From NCBI RefSeq assembly GCF_000181795.1, contig NW_003526943.1:7988672-8032026 (forward strand): DNA of 43,355 nt, written 5' to 3'. The stretch is from Trichinella spiralis (lineage: Eukaryota). Made by a program: the position numbers and the translations under genes. The number at the start of each line of letters is the position of its first letter. Within the stretch, counting starts at the first letter, position 1. Below the pieces are notes generated by a model, which worked only from the letters and a program-made list of their open reading frames with translations, was not told the origin of the DNA and did no database searches. Of this stretch, positions 37,634 through 43,355 are shown piece after piece.

Positions 37634-39194
37634 CTAATCCGAATCTGACATATTCCAATCAACTAGTAAGTCTTCATTGTTGTGATTGTTGTCAACAGAA
37701 TTATTGTGCATTTTTGAAAATTTGTTTTCGCTTGTTTTCTTGTTGCTCTGCTTTTGATTTTCGCCAATCATTTTCTGCCTTTTAACAGCTTTCACTTTCG
37801 TGGCACGTTTCAAATCATTTTCTGCTATTTCTTCCTTAAAATATGAGCATAATAAGGATGCAAATTTGCAAAAACTGAAACAACAATTTGGATAAACAGA
37901 CTTCGTTGGAAATGAAATTTTTGATATCCTTCTCGCGTTGTTTGATTGCATTGAATTTGCAAAAGTGCAATTCCAAAGGTGACTGGCCTTTGTCAGCAAT
38001 GTTCAGTTCTGATGCAGGCTTTTTTGCAAACCCAGTCACCGCTCCTCGACGTCGTTCCACAATGAATGCCGACTGTTTACGCAATACTTCGCACAAATCT
38101 TTGATTTGCATAGAAAATTCTGCACAACGACATTTCTTCACGTATTTATTCAACTAAATAATAATAAATAAATAAACAAAAATTATTACGTGTAAAACAA
38201 TAAATAATGCACCTACCCGTTGCAGAGGAATGAAAATCAATTCCGGAAAAGCGACGTTGAAACGATGCAAGTGAAAAAATTTGAGCAACAATTCAATGAA
38301 ATTTTCCATAACGGCCACTTTGAATCCGCTTTCCAATATCTGGGATGAGGAAACTTTCAAGGTGCAATCGAAGTCAATTGGCTTCAACGACGAACGTTTA
38401 ACTTTACCGTCCAAGTCGACCATCTGCAATATCTGAAAAATAATAATTCCAATGGTCAAAAAATGATAAAAACATCAAAATTCATTTACTTTGATCAAAG
38501 TCAAATGCACAGGTATGAACTGTTTGCAATTTTCGCTTAACTTCAGCAAACTTCTCGTGATCAAAAATATCAAAGGCAAACACTTTGCTGAAGGCAACAA
38601 TCTTAGAAGAAAAAAATCTCTTTTCAATAAAAACAAACAATATCACTGATAACAGAAATTTAAATATCACCTCATGCAACCGAAACTAACTTGCACAACT
38701 GGATAACGAAGTGGATGCCAAATTCGTTGGTTTGGATGCTGAACAAGAACATGACACCACAGATTTATAGATTGAACAAAATGCCACGAATGTACAGAAT
38801 TAATCGCTTTCTGAAGAACATTTTTAACATTCAAAAAAAGCATTCATCTACAAGCAATAAAAAATCACTTTTGTATTTTGAGTATAGGCATTTCTTAAGC
38901 TTATCGCTAACTGTCGGATGAATAAAAATGCATTTTTGTACGTTATTGAAGGTTGTACAGCGCAGAGGCTTGAAAAGCAATCCTAAAACCAAGCAAAATC
39001 ACTTTCCACATCTTCACCGAAAGTATGATGTATTTTTTTACACATCATTACCACCTATTTACTTACCTGCATTAAATGAACAGATGACCAGTTTGAATAA
39101 GTAATGATTTTTGAATTTCGTACGTAAGCCAAATACATTCGCTGAATAATATTTTAAAATATATATTAAGTAAAATAAATTATTAACAGAATGC

Positions 39195-39279
<85 letters not shown>

Positions 39280-40563
39280 AATTTTGAAATTCACCCTAAA
39301 AACCATTTCGTAAACATCTTCTGGAAGCATCTTTACAAGTTTCTCGATGCAATCATATGCAAGCCTTCTACACTTTTCTTCTTTTGTTGTCCAAACGGAT
39401 ATTAATTTCTAAAATTTGATCACCATTATGCCTTGCGGTTTGAAAAATACAGTTTCTACTCTGAGAAGCATTTGCGACGTCCGTAAAAGAACAGAATAGT
39501 ATTGGATCACTTTCAAAACATGTGCCAAAGTAGCTGCAAGCACGTCAGCATTTTGCAATTCAGGGATGAGCTAAAGCAAATAATCAACAAATGGCAAACT
39601 AGGAAATAAAATTAAATATTGCTATACTCTTAGTAAAAGTCTCAAATAGGTTCTAACAAGTGGAAACAATTTTCTCCATTTGCCTTTCTTTCGACTTCGC
39701 TTCGATGGTGCTGCATTCGATTTCACAATATTTATCCACATTGACGGAAAAAGGGTAAAACAATAACGCAATACTGCATTAACATCTAAATTTTCATCAC
39801 TTAATGTATACTGACAATTAATGACGCATAAATCGTGCACTGTACCTTCAATTCCATTTACAGTTCCTGATACGGCAAATTTGCTTACATCAACTCCAAC
39901 TTCTGCTACAGCTGCAGCAAATTTACCAACAATAAAACGAAGGGCACTCATTTTATTATTCTGTTAATGAAAACCCATATGTAAATGTAAAAAACGCTTC
40001 ATTTCATGTAAAAGGATAAAAATAAAAAAAAATTCTTTTCGCATTTCTCAAACATAATTATTTCAATTATTCATTAGCAAAAAAGACGTACTTTCAATTT
40101 CTGTAAAAGTGTTTCTTCAAATGGTTGATCAGCGTCAACATCAGCTTCAAAATCATCCTCAGCAGCGTTTTCCTCCTAAAAATTCCCACTTAAAAATACA
40201 GATATAAAAACTTTTTCCAAACCTCAAATTCGCTGTCGTCATCTTCCGCAGAGAGACTATCATCTATGTCATTGCCATCTTTATCATACATTTCCTCTTC
40301 ATCGACTCCCAGTTCTGCTTCATTTAATTCATCAAGATATCCTTCAAGAGTACCATCTGTAAAGATATCTGGATCTTCATCTTTCAAAAATTCATAAAAT
40401 TCTGGATCAGTCTCTTGCAGATGCAACGATAACTTCTTTCTCTGTTCATCACCAGTTTCGGTTGACAGTTGCCTGGTTATATGATTGTTATTAAAATTTA
40501 TACAATTCTCTTTTTTTAATGATTTAAATACCTCTTCCGTGTTTTGCCTTTATTTTTTCCCAT
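37634..40563 (-). CDS. NOC2L: Nucleolar complex protein 2 homolog (NOC2L/pro-2), multi-exon
   Basis: Starts MGKNKGKTRK. Contains LQETDPEFYEFLKDED, an acidic N-terminus, KWRKLFPLVRTYL, KPIDFDCTLKVS, VAFPELIFIPL and FIVERR. Stop TAG at 37636-37634. Confidence 0.93.
39195..39277. repeat. (AAT)n microsatellite, ~27 units, in a NOC2L intron
   Basis: Uninterrupted ataata... run seen directly. Confidence 0.98.
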
Positions 40564-41573
40564 TACAATTTACTCAACAAATATAAGACGAAATTTGACT
40601 AATTACTGTATAAATAGCGATTGCAGGTACAAATGTAACCGCTAAACGAAACAAAACAAGTACTCTAAATTACATTCAGTTAGTAGTGCATTCAAAAATT
40701 ATTATTATAAATGAACACGTTCAAATATCTTAAATAAAAATTTCAGGTTATTTTTAAATAATTTTAAATAAAAAAATGTTATCCTGATTCAGTTTATTTA
40801 TGAAATCAGAATGGCACAAATTCAATTTTAATGTCACTAAATAATAATAAAACAATAATGAATTAATTCTAAAAAATGGCAGATGTTTTCAAAGCATACT
40901 GTTTTATAAAAAAAGGCATATCTGCGTATGATAGAACAGCTAAAAATCTGCGTCAACTCATTTGCTAATAGAAACTTAACTGTCATTTTGTATAGTTTAC
41001 AGAAGATTGCCGACTGGCTTTTTGTTTTGACCTTTTCATTTTTTTCTTCACTATTTGAAAACTTTATTTATTGTGGAATATATAAATATAAATATAAATA
41101 TTTTTTTGATGTCTGCGAATGAAAATGAAGATTGCAATTAACAAATATGTTGATATTTGATATAATCGATTTCGATAAACATCAAAGTATAGTTAACATT
41201 GAATTTAATTTTTAATTAATGCAATTTATTTGTTGTTCTTGTTTTAATGTGAATTTCATTACCCTTGTTACATCAGCATTTGTTTTCTTTAATGTTCTTA
41301 TTTACCGTATAGTAAAGTTTCTTGTGTTGTTATTTTTAATACTATTCAAATTACTTTTGAAATGTGGCATTAAATGTCCACTTGTACATACAGGCAAAAT
41401 GAAATGATGCAAAATTAAAGCTAATTAGTCGATTATGCCGCAATAAATAAATGAATTGGTCTGGCATTCGATGGTTTGCAAACGATAGTGAAAATAGCAC
41501 CCACTAATTGTTTGTGCACGATGAATAATAATGGTTGACGCAAGTGATGTTGGTTATTTTTTCATAAAACTTT

Positions 41574-42325
41574 TTAAATATCATGACTGTGCCGTTTGTT
41601 GAAAAAAATTTTGAATTTCCATATTATTACGTTTGTCGTACAATATATTGGTGTTAATTTGTTTGGAAAAGTGACTTTGATGAGAAATTGGTGCAATTTA
41701 TAGCTGCTATAATGGGCATTTTCTTCGTTGATCATCGTCAAAGAAAAAACCAAGAGTGGAAATAATTGCAATGCTGATATGTCGGTTTTATTCAAAGATG
41801 CTCAATTGGATGCGTGGTTGAAATTCAGTGATGATGAGTTTTTGACAACATTTTTTTCTTGAACACATGTCACATTTGAACAATTGAAGCTGAATCATAG
41901 GTAGGAAATTTATTATTTTCAAAGGGATTTTTTTGTCTCTATCAACATTTTCACCTTTTTATCAATTTTACATGTCAAAGCTGTGAGTAAGATTTTGTTG
42001 AAAGAAAAAAATGGTCTTGTAGGCGTCAGTGTGACTTGTGGGTTATTAAAATAGTAAGAAAGGCATCTTTAAGAGGAAGTTTAAAGCCGAAACCGCTTGC
42101 TGGGTTTGTTTTCCGAGGTCGGCTTGGAATGTTTGAATATTTTAGAAGTTTAAATCTGGTTGATAAATTTGCCCACACGTCTGTAAACAGTGCACCTTCA
42201 AAACGTGAGTCATCTTTGAGCAAATTTCATTTCTCAGATATCGGTCGCTTTGCCGGTCGGCAACAAACAAGCACAATACAGGCTAATGTTATAATCACAA
42301 AGTAAGCACAATTCTGACATTGCAT
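41574..42325 (-). pseudogene. Possible decayed intronless gene for a secreted protein
   Basis: ATG 42325 encodes a signal-peptide-like MQCQNCAYFVIITLACIVLVCCRP. An in-frame TGA at 42229-42227 interrupts it, the frame stays open to 42026, and further broken ORF pieces run to 41574. No family recognised. Confidence 0.3.
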
Positions 42326-43355
42326 TTTTATTTCATTCTTGATTTTTGTTAAATTATATTATTCATCAGGTATAAATTTTTACATTTTCCAACGTCTTGA
42401 TTATTATTATTAAAAATTTGACATATCTCATTATTAACATTTGATCCTTGCTTTTAGGCTTCTTATTTTTCAATTAACTGTGAGAGAGAATTTTATGTTC
42501 TAAGCAAGTTTAATAAAGTGATGAAGATATTATAGGCTTTGATTTTTTTATTCGAATTTTTGCACCTATAAAAACGTTAAAAATAACTTTTTAAAAATGG
42601 TTTTATTCAATGTAGACTGACATTTCAAATTAGATTTAACTGACTGAAATTACTTCATATGATTTTGCAGTTTCTGCAAATGCAAAATATCAAATACAGG
42701 TATTTTATTTTATGAATGTATTGTTTTTTCTCATAAAAACTAGCTGTTTATAAATAAATGAAAATTTATAGGTGCATTGAGTAATAATTGTTTTCAAATG
42801 AACATCAATTAACCTTTTTAGTAATAACTGAAGCTTAAGGAATGAAGAAAATTGTGATTAAATGAAATATATGTAGATTGCAAAAGATTGCAATAAAAAA
42901 TAGAAAATAAACTTGAAAATGATATTCGTTTTTTATTAAAAAAATTTTTTCTTATCATATGAACAAAAGGTGATATTTCATATGGAATTGTCGATTATTT
43001 AATTAGTTGCGGTTACGTGAGATATATCATTTATCAAAGTACATATTGTCAATGAATTAAATTAATACAACTTGCTTAATAAATTGTCAGATGGCAAAAT
43101 AAATATTTACTTTTCAAAATGATATTACTATAAACATATTTTTAGCATTTCAATTGTAAATTATTTTCAAGGAAGCAATAAAGCACAATTGAAAACTGCT
43201 TTAATGCAATGCGGTTGAATGAATGCTTCTTGACACATTCATGAATGCTCAAGGTTATTTGTTTTGATTTCATCTCTGGACATTTATTAACAATATTATT
43301 TGAAAATAATCATAATTTTTTAATTCAACTTTTTGATCAAGCATATGCATAATTT

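Overview
AT-rich eukaryotic DNA with short spliceosomal introns. A nematode cuticle collagen and an LPR-type lipocalin make it nematode, and the style suggests Trichinella (inference). Seven spliced genes were reconstructed by hand: NADH-cytochrome b5 reductase (-), importin-7 (-), a lipocalin-related protein (+), condensin subunit CAP-G (+), a cuticle collagen nested on the same strand inside a CAP-G intron (+), a TUT1/Star-PAP-like terminal nucleotidyltransferase (-) and NOC2L (-). There are two assembly gaps. A ~4.5-kb direct duplication inside CAP-G straddles the 10-N gap and looks like two unmerged haplotype contigs. Leads worth checking: (1) candidate structured, ACA-ending RNAs in the longer introns of the b5-reductase and importin-7 genes; (2) operon-like spacing between importin-7 and b5 reductase; (3) a TUT1-like enzyme lacking the N-terminal ZF/RRM, with Glu at the third catalytic Asp position; (4) the same-strand nested collagen; (5) a decayed piggyBac Cys-rich domain in a CAP-G intron; (6) a GC-AG intron. 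I found no clearly established novel system. The ncRNA candidates rest on folding by eye.
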